NCBI GenBank assembly: GCA_964616855.1
Contig: CAZTUJ010000001.1
Span: forward strand, 3,872 to 67,871
From: an uncultured Gammaproteobacteria bacterium
Lineage (GTDB): Bacteria; Patescibacteriota; Patescibacteriia; Patescibacteriales; UBA12465
Direction: 5' to 3'
DNA: 64,000 nt
Shown here: positions 44,284-55,316 of the stretch, one piece after another
Numbering within the stretch: the first letter of the stretch is position 1
Layout of the letters: every line of letters starts with the position of its first letter
Notes under the pieces: generated by a model
What the model saw: only the letters and a program-made list of their open reading frames with translations
The model's database searches: none
What the model was told of the DNA's origin: nothing
Position numbers and translations under genes: made by a program

Positions 44284-45708
44284 ATGCTTTCTCAAATCAA
44301 AAAATTAATCCCCTTAAAGATATTTCGCACTCTACAGCCTGCCTATCATTTTCTGATGGGTTATCTGGCGGCTTTGTATTATCGTTTTCCTAGCCGACAG
44401 CTATTAGTGATTGGGGTCACAGGGACTACGGGCAAGACTTCGACCGTCTATTTTTTGTCACGTCTACTTTCCGCTAGTGGTTATAAGGCCGGATATACTT
44501 CAACCGCCCAGTTTAATAATGGTCGGCGAGAATGGCTTAATGACAAGAAAATGACCATGCCTGGTCGTTTTTTCCTACAAAAGAATTTACGGCGGATGAT
44601 TAAAAATGGTTGTCGGGCAGTGGTGGTGGAGACAACTTCTCAGGGAATAGAACAGTTTCGTCACCGTTTTCTTAACTATGATTTGCTTTTATTTACCAAC
44701 CTTTATCCGGAACATATTGAAGCCCATGGCGGTTTTGAAAATTACAAACAAGCTAAGGGCAAGCTCTTTGCTCATTTGCGCCGTTGCCGTTCGAAGTATT
44801 TAGGGGCAGATAATAAGGTTGTCTTGAAATCTAGCGGTTTACAGAAGACCGAGCTTACTAAGGTGAAAAAAACAATTATTGTTAACGGTGATGATGAGTA
44901 TGCTCCTTATTTTTTATCTTTCCCCGCTGAAAGAAAATGCGTCTATACGCTTGATCCTAGTTTAAATGCCCATCGTTTGGCCGCTACAGATGGAGCTGAA
45001 GTTTTGCCCCGCCCGGAATTTTTTGTCTATGAGCCCTTGTTTTCTGAGATTAATGGTTCTGATTTTCAATTAGCCGGACAGCGCTTTCATTTGCCAATAT
45101 TAGGCTCTTATCATGTTTTTAACGCCGTCGCCGCTTTAGTCGGCGTTATGGCTTTGGGAGTAGAGTTAAAGCCACTCGCCGCCGCTTTAGAAGAAATTAA
45201 AGTTTTAGCGGGAAAGATGGAAAAGATAGAGGCGGGACAGCCTTTTACCGTTCTGGTAGATTATGCTTTTGAACCTAAGGCGATGGCCGCTCTATATCAG
45301 AGCCTAGAATTTATTCCTCATCAGCGTTTATTCCATATTTTAGGTTCCGCTGGTGGCGGCCGGGATGAATCTCGGCGTCCAGTTTTAGGCAAAATGGCAG
45401 GAGAAAAAGCTGATGTTGTGATTGTTACTGACGAGGACCCCTATGATGATGATCCTCAATTAATAATTGACCAGGTGGCGATAGGGGCGGAGCACGTGGG
45501 TAAAGTCCTTAATAAAAACTTATATAAGGTACTTTCTCGGCGTGAAGCTTTTGCTTTAGCCTTCAGTTTGGCTCAGGCCGATGATTTAGTTTTAATCACC
45601 GGCAAAGGGGCGGAGCAATATATTTGTGGCCCTCAGGAAAGCAAACTTCCTTGGGATGACCGCATAGTTGCTCGGGAAGAATTAAAGAAGGCTGGCTTTA
45701 GTTTGTGA
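44284..45708 (+). CDS. murE: Mur ligase family, MurE-like (UDP-MurNAc-L-Ala-D-Glu : diamino acid ligase)
   Basis: 474 aa from MLSQIKKLIP, with P-loop GVTGTTGKTST and the central and C-terminal Mur ligase domains. The position equivalent to the DNPR motif reads DEDPY. Confidence 0.7.
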   Translation: MLSQIKKLIPLKIFRTLQPAYHFLMGYLAALYYRFPSRQLLVIGVTGTTGKTSTVYFLSRLLSASGYKAGYTSTAQFNNGRREWLNDKKMTMPGRFFLQKNLRRMIKNGCRAVVVETTSQGIEQFRHRFLNYDLLLFTNLYPEHIEAHGGFENYKQAKGKLFAHLRRCRSKYLGADNKVVLKSSGLQKTELTKVKKTIIVNGDDEYAPYFLSFPAERKCVYTLDPSLNAHRLAATDGAEVLPRPEFFVYEPLFSEINGSDFQLAGQRFHLPILGSYHVFNAVAALVGVMALGVELKPLAAALEEIKVLAGKMEKIEAGQPFTVLVDYAFEPKAMAALYQSLEFIPHQRLFHILGSAGGGRDESRRPVLGKMAGEKADVVIVTDEDPYDDDPQLIIDQVAIGAEHVGKVLNKNLYKVLSRREAFALAFSLAQADDLVLITGKGAEQYICGPQESKLPWDDRIVAREELKKAGFSL

Positions 45709-45745
45709 GCTAGGAGTTATTGCCGGGCTGTGGAGAAACTGTGTA

Positions 45746-45774
45746 TTGACAAAAGTTGACTATTGTAATATTAT
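45746..45774 (+). promoter_or_regulatory. Sigma70-type promoter in the murE-rpoB spacer
   Basis: TTGACA (45746-45751), a 17-nt spacer, then TATTAT (45769-45774). Confidence 0.55.
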
Positions 45775-46078
45775 AGAAAATACAATCAGCTATTAGGTAA
45801 AAATCCCATTAAAAACGGTCGGTAAGGTGTAAATTTCTTCTCTGCTCACCAATCCGTTTTTTTTGTATTTTTCGCCAAAATTCACTTTATAAATAAGCTT
45901 TATTCTAAAGTGATTATAAACTCTAGGTGCAATTAAATAAGAGATAGGGAACTCAAACCTTTTTAAGTTTGAGATTTTTTTGTTGAAAGCACCCCTCTCA
46001 TCAAGTCAATAAAATTCAGGCCGGACTATCGCTTTTCTGTTTATCAGATGGCGCTTGGTTTGTTGCCCATAAAGTTCT

Positions 46079-49000
46079 ATGTCTAATGCGACCGTCGTGG
46101 ACAAAAAAATTTCCGAACGCAAATTTTTCACCGACTTTAAAGAGGTGATGCCCTTGCCAGACTTGATTGAAATCCAGAAGGATTCCTATCGCTGGTTTTT
46201 AGAAGAAGGCCTAGCGGAACTGTTTGATGAGATTAATCCGGTTACCGATTTTATCGGTCGGGATTTAGAGTTATATTTTGAAGATTATTACTTAGATGAA
46301 CCTAAGTTTTCCGAAACGGAGAGCCGTGAAAAGAACATTACTTATGAGGCTCCCTTGCGCGTTAAGACCCGTTTACTCAACAAGAAGACTAGTCAAGCCT
46401 CTAATCAAGAGGTTTATCTCGGTGATTTCCCAATCATGACTGATAAAGGCACCTTTATCATCAACGGCATCGAGCGCGTCGTCGTCTCTCAGCTTATTCG
46501 TTCTGCCGGTGTTATGTTCACCGCTGAATTTATTAAAGGTAAGAAATGTTACGGCGCCAAGATTATTCCTAATCGTGGTGCTTGGTTAGAAATCGAAACC
46601 GATTCTAACAAAGTTATCTGGGTGCGTATCGATCGTAAGCGCAAAGTAGCGGTAACCTCGCTTTTGCGCGCTTTTGGTTATGAAACTGATGAAGAATTAA
46701 AGAAGCTTTTTAGTGATGTTGATTTAGTGAAAAATAATGATGAGGCTACTTTTATTGAAGCCACGATTGAGAAAGACACGGCTAAAAATGAAGCGGAAGG
46801 TTTACAGGAAGTCTATCGCCGCATCCGTCCGGGTGATCTTGCCTCTGTGGAAAACGCTCGTCAGCTCATCCATTCGATGTTCTTCCGTTTTGACCGCTAT
46901 GACTTTGGTCGCGTTGGCCGTTATAAGTTAAATCGTCGCTTTAGTTTAGATTTACCGAATAAAAAAGAAAATCGAGTTTTACGCAAAGAAGATTTATTAT
47001 TAATCGTGAAGGAAGTTATCCGTTTAAATATTACTAAGGAAGCCGAAGATGATATTGATCATTTGGGCAATCGTCGCATCCGGGCCATTGGTGGCTTGAT
47101 TCAGAATCGTTTCCGCGTTGGTTTAGCTCGTATGGAGCGCATCATCAAGGACCGTATGTCTACGACTGATATTGCCACTTTAACTCCGAATAAATTAGTT
47201 AATTCTCGTCCGGTTATTGGCGTGGTGAAGGAATTTTTCATGTCTTCCCAGCTTTCTCAATTCATGGATCAGACCAATCCTCTGGCGGAATTGGAACATA
47301 AGCGCCGTCTCTCGGCGATGGGTCCGGGTGGTTTAACGAGAGAAAGAGCCGGCTTTGATGTCCGCGATGTGCACGCTACTCACTATGGTCGTATTTGTCC
47401 GATTGCTACTCCGGAAGGTCCGAATATTGGTTTAGTTGGACACTTAGCTAGCTATGCTCGTTTGAATAGCTATGGCTTTTTAGAAACTCCTTATCGCCGC
47501 GTTAAACATGACAAGACTGGTAGTCACGTCACGGATGAAATTGTTTATATCGACGCTTTTGAAGAAGAAAAATATATTACCGTCGACTCCACTATTCCTG
47601 TTGGTCCGGATGGTCGTTTTGCTATTGGTCGTTATGAGGTCAGAAAATATGGCCAACCAGGCATGGAAGAAGTTAATAAGATTGATTTTGTCGGTGTCGC
47701 TGCTAATCAGATTATTTCTATTGCCACCTCTCTCATCCCTTTCATGGAACATAACGATGGTCAGCGCTCTTTAATGGGTACGAACATGCAACGTCAGGCT
47801 GTGCCTTTAGTGAAGGCGGAAGCGCCGGTCGTCGGCACGGGTGTAGAGGCGCGGGCGGCTCGCGATAGTGGTCACGTTGTCATTTCTAAAGAAGATGGTA
47901 TCGTTGTTCGCTCGGACGCTGCTACGATTGAAGTGGAAAACAAAAAGGGAATCGTTACTAAATATCCTTTAAATAAATTTTTACGTTCCAATTCCTCTAC
48001 CTGTATCAACCAGCATCCTTTAGTGATGGTGGGGGACAAGGTTAAGGCTGGTCAGATTTTATCAGACGGCCCCTCTATTGATAATGGTGAATTGTCTTTA
48101 GGTCGCAATGTTTTAGTGGCCTTCATGACTTGGGACGGCTATAACTACGAAGACGCTGTTATTATTTCCGAACGCTTAGTAAAAGAAGATATCTATTCTT
48201 CTATTCATATTGAGAATTACACCATTGACGTTCGCGATACTAAATTAGGTCCGGAGGTAATTACCAACGATATTCCTAATATCAGTGAAGAGAAATTAAA
48301 GAATTTGGATGAAGACGGCATTATTCATATTGGTGCTGAAGTTTCTTCCGGTGATATTTTAGTTGGTAAAATTACCCCTAAAGGTGAAACGACATTATCG
48401 GCAGAAGAAAAACTATTGCGGGCTATCTTTGGTGAAAAAGCTAAGGATGTGCGCGACTCTTCCTTATATTTAGAGCACGGTGAACACGGCAAAGTGGTTG
48501 ATGTGAAGATTTTCTCTCGCGAAGAGGGCGATAAATTAGCTGCCGGTGTTTTGAAATCAATTCAGGTATCAGTGGCCAATCTTCGTAAGATTCAAGTCGG
48601 TGATAAGATGTCTGGGCGCCATGGTAACAAGGGTGTTATTTCCCGGGTTGTTCCGTCAGAAGATATGCCTTATATGGCGGATGGTACCCCGATTGATATT
48701 ATTCTTTCTCCTTTAGGTATTATTTCCCGTATGAACTTGGGTCAGCTCTTAGAGACGCACTTAGGCTTTGCGGTGAAGAAATTAGGTTATCGCGTTGCCA
48801 CTCCGGCTTTAAATGGTATCACTGAAGATCAGATTCGTGGCGAATTAAAGAAAGCGGGCTTGCCTGAAGACGGTAAAGTCGTCCTCTACGATGGCAAAAC
48901 TGGCGAAGCTTTCGATCACAAAATTACTGTTGGTTATAAATATGTTTTGAAATTAAACCACATGGTCGAAGATAAGATTCACCAGCGCTCTATTGGTCCT

Positions 49001-49414
49001 TATTCTTTAATCACTCAGCAGCCTTTAGGTGGTAAAGCTCAATTTGGTGGTCAGCGTTTTGGTGAAATGGAAGTTTGGGCTTTAGAAGGATATGGCGCTG
49101 CTCATACTTTACAAGAAATGTTAACGATTAAATCCGACGACGTTCCTGGTCGCAGTAAAGCCTATGAGGCCATTATTAAAGGCGAAGAAATTGAGAAGCT
49201 TAATGTTCCTGAATCTTTCAATGTTTTAATCCGTGAACTTAAAGGTTTAGGTTTAAGCGTGGAATTACTAGGCGGTAGCGGCGGCCAGCCTGCTTCCGAA
49301 GTGGAAACCGAGCTGGATCTCCAAGAAAAGAGAGACCCGCGCTACGATTATGACAAACCGGAAATTATTGCTGCCGACGACCTCGTTGGCACGCCAGAGC
49401 CGGTTCAGGAATAA
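46079..49414 (+). CDS. rpoB: DNA-directed RNA polymerase subunit beta
   Basis: 1111 aa with conserved beta-subunit blocks (e.g. GRHGNKGVISRV, FGGQRFGEMEVWALE). Confidence 0.98.
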   Translation: MSNATVVDKKISERKFFTDFKEVMPLPDLIEIQKDSYRWFLEEGLAELFDEINPVTDFIGRDLELYFEDYYLDEPKFSETESREKNITYEAPLRVKTRLLNKKTSQASNQEVYLGDFPIMTDKGTFIINGIERVVVSQLIRSAGVMFTAEFIKGKKCYGAKIIPNRGAWLEIETDSNKVIWVRIDRKRKVAVTSLLRAFGYETDEELKKLFSDVDLVKNNDEATFIEATIEKDTAKNEAEGLQEVYRRIRPGDLASVENARQLIHSMFFRFDRYDFGRVGRYKLNRRFSLDLPNKKENRVLRKEDLLLIVKEVIRLNITKEAEDDIDHLGNRRIRAIGGLIQNRFRVGLARMERIIKDRMSTTDIATLTPNKLVNSRPVIGVVKEFFMSSQLSQFMDQTNPLAELEHKRRLSAMGPGGLTRERAGFDVRDVHATHYGRICPIATPEGPNIGLVGHLASYARLNSYGFLETPYRRVKHDKTGSHVTDEIVYIDAFEEEKYITVDSTIPVGPDGRFAIGRYEVRKYGQPGMEEVNKIDFVGVAANQIISIATSLIPFMEHNDGQRSLMGTNMQRQAVPLVKAEAPVVGTGVEARAARDSGHVVISKEDGIVVRSDAATIEVENKKGIVTKYPLNKFLRSNSSTCINQHPLVMVGDKVKAGQILSDGPSIDNGELSLGRNVLVAFMTWDGYNYEDAVIISERLVKEDIYSSIHIENYTIDVRDTKLGPEVITNDIPNISEEKLKNLDEDGIIHIGAEVSSGDILVGKITPKGETTLSAEEKLLRAIFGEKAKDVRDSSLYLEHGEHGKVVDVKIFSREEGDKLAAGVLKSIQVSVANLRKIQVGDKMSGRHGNKGVISRVVPSEDMPYMADGTPIDIILSPLGIISRMNLGQLLETHLGFAVKKLGYRVATPALNGITEDQIRGELKKAGLPEDGKVVLYDGKTGEAFDHKITVGYKYVLKLNHMVEDKIHQRSIGPYSLITQQPLGGKAQFGGQRFGEMEVWALEGYGAAHTLQEMLTIKSDDVPGRSKAYEAIIKGEEIEKLNVPESFNVLIRELKGLGLSVELLGGSGGQPASEVETELDLQEKRDPRYDYDKPEIIAADDLVGTPEPVQE

Positions 49415-49452
49415 TTTTGTAACCGCTTTAATCAATTCATTCCATAATATAT

Positions 49453-52400
49453 ATGTTGAACCCAATTAAAACTAGCGATTTCGACGCTATCCGCCTGAAG
49501 CTCGCTTCGCCCGAAGAGATTCTTTCTTGGTCTCACGGGGAGGTCACTCGGCCGGAAACAATTAACTATCGCACGCAGAAGCCGGAAAAAGACGGCTTAT
49601 TCTGCGAAAAGATTTTTGGTCCGACTAAGGACTGGGAATGCGCTTGTGGTAAGTATAAGAAAATTCGCTACAAAGGCATCGTCTGCGACAAGTGCGGCGT
49701 TGAAGTTACCCGCAGTGTTGTTCGTCGAGAACGCATGGGTCATATTACCATGCAGATTCCTTGTACCCATATTTGGTTTTTGCGTGGCATCTCTTCAAAG
49801 ATTGGTTTGCTGTTGAATCTCGGTATTCAGTCTTTAGAAAAGGTTATTTATTTTGCTAGTTTTATCGTTACCGATGTTGACGAAGGTTTAAAAGAAGCCG
49901 CCTCCGAACAAATCAAGAGTGAGCATAAATCCAAACGCAAGAGCATTGATAATGAATTTAATCAGCAGGTGAAAAAAGCTCAAGATAGCCGGGCTCAGCT
50001 CTTGAAAGAAGGAAAGAAAAAGGAAGATATTGATGATGGAATTAACGAGTCAGTTAAAGTGGCAACCCGGGAACGCGATGAAAAGATTGAAAGATTGGAA
50101 GAAGACTTTACTCAGGTTATTAAAGAGCTGAAAGAGCTCAAGCCACTTTTGATTTTATCCGAGCATCAATATCAGAATTTGAGCTTGAAATTTGGTCACT
50201 TATTTGAAGCTGGTATCGGGGCCGAAGCAATCCGTCGTCTTTTAGAGCGAATTGATTTAGAAAAGAGCGTTAATAAAGTAGAAGAAAAACTTAAAGATGC
50301 GGTTGATTCTAAGCGAGATAAACTCATTAAGCGCTTGAAGCTTTTAAAGAGTTTCCGTAATAATAATTTGCGGCCAGAATGGATGATTCTCAATGTTTTA
50401 CCGGTGGTTCCGCCTGATTTACGCCCGATGGTGGCTTTAGACGGTGGCCGCTTTGCCGCTTCTGATTTAAACGATCTCTATCGTCGCGTTATTAACCGTA
50501 ATAATCGCTTAAGACAATTAATTGATTTGAATGCACCGGAAGTTATTTGTCGCAATGAAAAGCGCATGTTGCAGGAAGCGGTTGATGCTTTAATTGATAA
50601 CTCTGCCCGTCACACTAAGACCGTAACCGCCTCTACCGGTCAGAAGCGCCAGCTTAAATCTTTAGCCGATGGCTTAAAGGGCAAGCAGGGTCGTTTCCGT
50701 CAGAATCTATTAGGTAAGCGCGTTGACTATTCCGGTCGGAGCGTTATTGTGGTTAATCCGAAATTAAATCTTGACCAGTGCGGTTTGCCGAAGATTATGG
50801 CATTGGAACTTTTTAAACCATTTATTATTAGTCAATTGATTAAGCGGGAAATTGTGCATAATGTGCGTAGTGCCTCCCGTTATATTGAAGCCGGCCATGA
50901 TGAAGTTTGGGATATTCTAGAAGAAACGGTTAAAGAGGCTTTCGTGCTTTTAAACCGCGCCCCGACTTTACATCGTTTAGGTATTCAGGCCTTTAAGCCG
51001 ATTTTAATTGAAGGTAAAGCCATCCAAATTCATCCTTTGGTTTGTACCGCTTTTAACGCCGACTTTGACGGCGACCAGATGGCCGTGCATGTGCCTTTAA
51101 CTAAGGAGGCAAAGAATGAGGCGGCCAACATCATGTTGTCTTCTCATAACTTACTGAAACCAGCAACTGGCGACCCGATTGTGGCGCCGGCTCAGGATAT
51201 TGTTTGGGGTACTTACTATATTACCCTTGAAGATCAGGCCTTTAAAGATAAATCAGATAAAGAATTGAAGCATTTTTACGACGATGGCGACGCGATTTTA
51301 GCTTATGAAAATGGTTTTGTCGCTTTAAATGAGTCTGTGGTTATTAAGATTAAGGGTGAACGCGTGCGGACCACGGTTGGCCGCATGATTTTCAATTTAA
51401 TTTTGCCGGAAAAATTACGTTATATTAATGAAGTCGTGGGTAAAAGCAAATTGAAAGATTTAATTCGCGAGTGTCTGCGTCTTTACACTGAAGATGAAAC
51501 CGTTAAATTTATTGATAACTTGAAGAATAAGAGTTTTGCTTTCATCACTAAGTCCGGTCTTTCTTGGGGCTTTGGTGATTTACCGAGTTTACCGGAGAAG
51601 GATCGCTTAATTGATATTGCTAACAAGCAGGTTGATTTAATTCAGGAGCAATATGAAGAAGGCTTATTGACTGAGAGCGAACGCTACGCCAAGGTGATTG
51701 AAGAATGGACTAATACTAAAGATAAGATTGCTGATATTTGTAAGAAAGGCTTGTCCAATATTTTACCCGTGTATTCCATGATCGATTCTGGAGCTCGCGG
51801 TTCTTGGGCACAGCCGGTTCAGATTTTAGGTATGAAGGGTTTGGTGACCTCGCCTTCCGGCGCTATTATCGAGTTGCCGGTGAAGGGAAATTTCAAAGAA
51901 GGTTTTGGCGTTCTGGAATACTTCATCTCCACTCATGGTGTGCGTAAAGGTTTGTCTGATACCGCTTTAAGAACGGCTAATGCCGGTTATTTAACCCGTC
52001 GTTTAATTGATGTTTCTCAGGACGTGATTGTCACCGAAGAAGATTGTGGTGATAAGAAAGGCGTGCGTTATACCCATGAAGAAACCGATAAGACCGGTGA
52101 AGATTTCTATAAGAAAATCATCGGCCGTTACTTGGCTCAGGACTTAGTTGATGCTAAGGGTAAATTGATGTATAAGGCGGGATCTTTAATTAATGAAGAT
52201 GTTTCTAAAGACTTGAAAACCAAGGCTGTTAATGAGCTTTACCTGCGTTCCGTTCTCAGTTGCCATTTGCATAAGGGCGTTTGCGCTAAATGTTATGGCT
52301 GGGATTTAGCCTATAATAAAGAAGTTAAGCTTGGTTCCGCCGTCGGTATTATTGCCGCTCAGGCTATTGGTGAACCGGGTACACAGTTAACGATGAGAAC

Positions 52401-53445
52401 CTTCCATACGGGTGGTGTGGCCGGACAAGACGATATTACTCAAGGTTTGCCGAGAGTAGAAGAAATTTTTGAGGCCCGCAGTCCGAAGAAGAAGGCTTTA
52501 ATTTCCGATGTCGCCGGTAAAGTTAAGATTGAATTTGCCCAGAAGACGATTAAAGATCAAGATGGTAAGGATATTGTCGTCCCCAATATGCAGGCCAAGA
52601 TTTTGAGCATTGTCTATCGCGGCAAAGAACAGGAAAAATATTATTTTTCAGAAAAAATTAATGAGATGAAATTAGCTTCTGGTTTGACCGCTAAGGATAA
52701 GAAGAAGTTGGTTTTGGAGGTAATGGTGGCTGATGGCGATAAACTTGCTAAGGGGGTAGAACTATTTCGCGTCGGCGGTGAGAGCGTCAAGGCTAAGAGT
52801 GCCGGCGTTGCTGCGGTTAATGATAAATTTATTGGTATTTCTAAGGAAGTTGATAAGATTAAAGAATTTTCTATTCTTAAAGGTACGATGTTGATGGTTA
52901 AAGATGGTGATGTTGTAGAGAAGGGCACACAATTAACCGAAGGTAGTTTAGATTTGCGTGAACTTTATAAGTTGAAGGGTGAATTGGAAACGCAGAAATA
53001 TATTATTCGGGAAATTCAGTATGTGTATTCTTCCCAGGGCCAGCCTTTGAATGATAAGCATGTAGAGATTATTGCTCGGCAAATGTTCTCCCGCTATCTT
53101 ATTAAAGATCCGGGTGACACCGCGATGTTGCCGGGTGAAACGGTAGAAGCGGAAGTCTTTGAGCATGCCAATCAAGAGGTTAAAGTCCATGCTAAAGCCG
53201 ATCGCTTATTAATGGGTATTACTAAAGCTTCTTTAACTACCGATAGCTTCTTGTCGGCCGCCTCCTTCCAGGAGACCCCCAGAGTCTTAATTGAAGCCGC
53301 TGTTAATGGCAAGATTGATTATTTGGAAGGTTTGAAAGAGAATGTTATTATTGGTTGTCTCATTCCGGCTGGTACTGGCTACAAAGGCAAAAAAGTACGT
53401 GATGAGTATGAACGCATCCAGCCCCAAGCCACTACCGGAAAATAG
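49453..53445 (+). CDS. rpoC: DNA-directed RNA polymerase subunit beta'
   Basis: 1330 aa with the zinc motif [20 protein letters not shown], the catalytic NADFDGDQM and a trigger-loop region. Confidence 0.98.
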   Translation: MLNPIKTSDFDAIRLKLASPEEILSWSHGEVTRPETINYRTQKPEKDGLFCEKIFGPTKDWECACGKYKKIRYKGIVCDKCGVEVTRSVVRRERMGHITMQIPCTHIWFLRGISSKIGLLLNLGIQSLEKVIYFASFIVTDVDEGLKEAASEQIKSEHKSKRKSIDNEFNQQVKKAQDSRAQLLKEGKKKEDIDDGINESVKVATRERDEKIERLEEDFTQVIKELKELKPLLILSEHQYQNLSLKFGHLFEAGIGAEAIRRLLERIDLEKSVNKVEEKLKDAVDSKRDKLIKRLKLLKSFRNNNLRPEWMILNVLPVVPPDLRPMVALDGGRFAASDLNDLYRRVINRNNRLRQLIDLNAPEVICRNEKRMLQEAVDALIDNSARHTKTVTASTGQKRQLKSLADGLKGKQGRFRQNLLGKRVDYSGRSVIVVNPKLNLDQCGLPKIMALELFKPFIISQLIKREIVHNVRSASRYIEAGHDEVWDILEETVKEAFVLLNRAPTLHRLGIQAFKPILIEGKAIQIHPLVCTAFNADFDGDQMAVHVPLTKEAKNEAANIMLSSHNLLKPATGDPIVAPAQDIVWGTYYITLEDQAFKDKSDKELKHFYDDGDAILAYENGFVALNESVVIKIKGERVRTTVGRMIFNLILPEKLRYINEVVGKSKLKDLIRECLRLYTEDETVKFIDNLKNKSFAFITKSGLSWGFGDLPSLPEKDRLIDIANKQVDLIQEQYEEGLLTESERYAKVIEEWTNTKDKIADICKKGLSNILPVYSMIDSGARGSWAQPVQILGMKGLVTSPSGAIIELPVKGNFKEGFGVLEYFISTHGVRKGLSDTALRTANAGYLTRRLIDVSQDVIVTEEDCGDKKGVRYTHEETDKTGEDFYKKIIGRYLAQDLVDAKGKLMYKAGSLINEDVSKDLKTKAVNELYLRSVLSCHLHKGVCAKCYGWDLAYNKEVKLGSAVGIIAAQAIGEPGTQLTMRTFHTGGVAGQDDITQGLPRVEEIFEARSPKKKALISDVAGKVKIEFAQKTIKDQDGKDIVVPNMQAKILSIVYRGKEQEKYYFSEKINEMKLASGLTAKDKKKLVLEVMVADGDKLAKGVELFRVGGESVKAKSAGVAAVNDKFIGISKEVDKIKEFSILKGTMLMVKDGDVVEKGTQLTEGSLDLRELYKLKGELETQKYIIREIQYVYSSQGQPLNDKHVEIIARQMFSRYLIKDPGDTAMLPGETVEAEVFEHANQEVKVHAKADRLLMGITKASLTTDSFLSAASFQETPRVLIEAAVNGKIDYLEGLKENVIIGCLIPAGTGYKGKKVRDEYERIQPQATTGK

Positions 53446-53470
53446 AATATTAATTTCAGAATTAGATAAA

Positions 53471-53503
53471 ATCCCTCTTGGATAAAGAGGGATTTTTGTT
53501 TTT
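53471..53503 (+). terminator. Intrinsic terminator after rpoC
   Basis: 9-bp stem ATCCCTCTT / AAGAGGGAT with a 5-nt loop, followed by TTTTGTTTTT. Confidence 0.85.
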
Positions 53504-53583
53504 ATAGCTGTTAATTTTATGAGAATCTAGTATAATAAGGTTAGGCTAAAAGAGCCTAAATAATTAGGAGTTTTTCCTTTTTT

Positions 53584-55083
53584 ATGTCGTCACTTCGTTT
53601 TAAGATTAGAATATTTTGGCTAATATTATTATTTTTAATAATAATATTTTTTGCTTTCCGTTTTATCTCTCCGGGCGGTTCTTGGCGTTGTCATCAGAAC
53701 TTTAGTGGGTTTAATATTTGGCCAGATTTTTTATCTTTATCAGCCTCTAATTGTATTAGTCCGGCTTCTCCAGCAGAGCGAGTGGTGCACACCACTGATG
53801 GTCCGCTTTTAGTTTTGGCAGATCCTATCTATTTTTCTATTTTTAGCCCTCGCCCTTTTAGTCATGCTGAAGTGGAAATTGTTTATCGACCTCATCTTAG
53901 TTCTTCCACGCCTGTTTTCGAGGCGGGTTTTTTGGCAGATGCTAAATTGTGGCGCTATCAATTAAAGCCGGTATATAATCTCTGGCTGGAGCAGGGTTTT
54001 TCTTCTTGGTCTTCTCTGCGGGAAGGTAATATGCGTCTTTTCCAGAAAGAAAAGCGTTTTGCTTCCGTTTCTGAATTTTTAAGTGCTTGGCGTCAGCAAG
54101 GAAGTGATTTGTGCACTAATAAAAATTGTCTGGCCGTTTATAATCTTGCTCTTAATGATTTTCCTCCGGCTTTAGATTTTAAGACTTTAAACCAAACTTC
54201 TAGTTTCTTTGCATTTCCTTATGCTTTGCGTGGCGCCCATCAGTTCTATTTTTATCTCCCCCAAGCGGGTCTAGAATTAAATGGTTCTTTTTTTGATTTA
54301 AATGATAATAAAGATAAGGATGAGGCCCAATTTTTAATCTTTTCCGGCCAACGGCAGGTGGCTAGTATTGATTTAGCAGATCAGCGTCCGCAAGCTGAGG
54401 AGAGTGCTGACCGTAGCCCGGTTCAAGCTTTCAGTATTTCTCGTTCTGATTTGCCCCCGGGTCTTTATCGTTTGGAATTTAAGGCCAATGATGACTTAGT
54501 TCTTGATTCGCTCCGTCTCAATTCTTCTTATCTTTCCGCTATTAACAAGATTTGGCCTTTTGATCAGGAAAAAATTTCTCTACTGACCGATGCTCCCTAT
54601 CTGCAGGTAAAATCTTTGGACCCCGGGGCTCTTCAGAATTTTAGTTTTGGCCAGGAAAGTCTGTCTTTATCGGAGATTTATCATCAGTACGAATTTAAGA
54701 GCCGCCAAGGCGGATTACAAGCTATTAATTTAGAGCGCGGCGGCTTGATTTTAGAAAACAACGGCGTTTTTGCCGCCACTGCCGACTCTTTGCTTAATCC
54801 TGATTATCAGAGATTGGCTCGTTTTTCTACCTTAAGTGAAGAAATTGATTTTGTGCTCGCAGATTATCAATCGGCGCAAGCGGAAGAAGATGGCTGGCTG
54901 CGTTCACGCTTGGATTTTGAAACCGGTGCTTTCTATCGAGAAGACCAGCAGTATAGTTTGATTCTTTCAGTCCCAGGTTTAAAACTAGACGGCGGTGCTG
55001 GTGGTTTGCTAGAGATTAAGGAAATTAAGGTTCATTTTTATGGCAAGAGTTTGAGAGAAAAAGTAAGAGATTGGTTACCCTAA
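53584..55083 (+). CDS. Hypothetical N-terminally anchored extracytoplasmic protein (499 aa)
   Basis: A single N-terminal TM helix (IFWLILLFLIIIFFAF) precedes a large non-repetitive domain. I recognise no family. It is the first gene of the glycosyltransferase cluster. Confidence 0.6.
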   Translation: MSSLRFKIRIFWLILLFLIIIFFAFRFISPGGSWRCHQNFSGFNIWPDFLSLSASNCISPASPAERVVHTTDGPLLVLADPIYFSIFSPRPFSHAEVEIVYRPHLSSSTPVFEAGFLADAKLWRYQLKPVYNLWLEQGFSSWSSLREGNMRLFQKEKRFASVSEFLSAWRQQGSDLCTNKNCLAVYNLALNDFPPALDFKTLNQTSSFFAFPYALRGAHQFYFYLPQAGLELNGSFFDLNDNKDKDEAQFLIFSGQRQVASIDLADQRPQAEESADRSPVQAFSISRSDLPPGLYRLEFKANDDLVLDSLRLNSSYLSAINKIWPFDQEKISLLTDAPYLQVKSLDPGALQNFSFGQESLSLSEIYHQYEFKSRQGGLQAINLERGGLILENNGVFAATADSLLNPDYQRLARFSTLSEEIDFVLADYQSAQAEEDGWLRSRLDFETGAFYREDQQYSLILSVPGLKLDGGAGGLLEIKEIKVHFYGKSLREKVRDWLP

Positions 55084-55103
55084 GTAGAAGTGATTTTACT
55101 AAT

Positions 55104-55316
55104 ATGTTTAAACCTAAATTAAATATTTTATTTTTAAGAAAAAATTTATTTCTGATTACAGAAGAATTTTTTTATTTTATTACTTCTTTGCTGCTTGTTG
55201 GCTTTGGCTTGGAATTTATATTGCCTGGATTTTTTACTTTGTATTTTAACATTGCCGCTTTAGCTTTAGTTTGGCTACTAACTTTATTATTTCTATTATT
55301 CTATGTACGCCGATAA
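55104..55316 (+). CDS. Two-TM miniprotein (70 aa)
   Basis: The ATG at 55104 is followed by two hydrophobic helices. The 3' end overlaps the GT2 start by 14 nt. Confidence 0.5.
   Translation: MFKPKLNILFLRKNLFLITEEFFYFITSLLLVGFGLEFILPGFFTLYFNIAALALVWLLTLLFLLFYVRR

Noticed and set aside
46737-53190. Multiple 64-95 aa ORFs inside rpoB/rpoC on either strand
   Set aside because: All are nested in the two large, unambiguous RNA polymerase genes, and none has promoter or RBS context.
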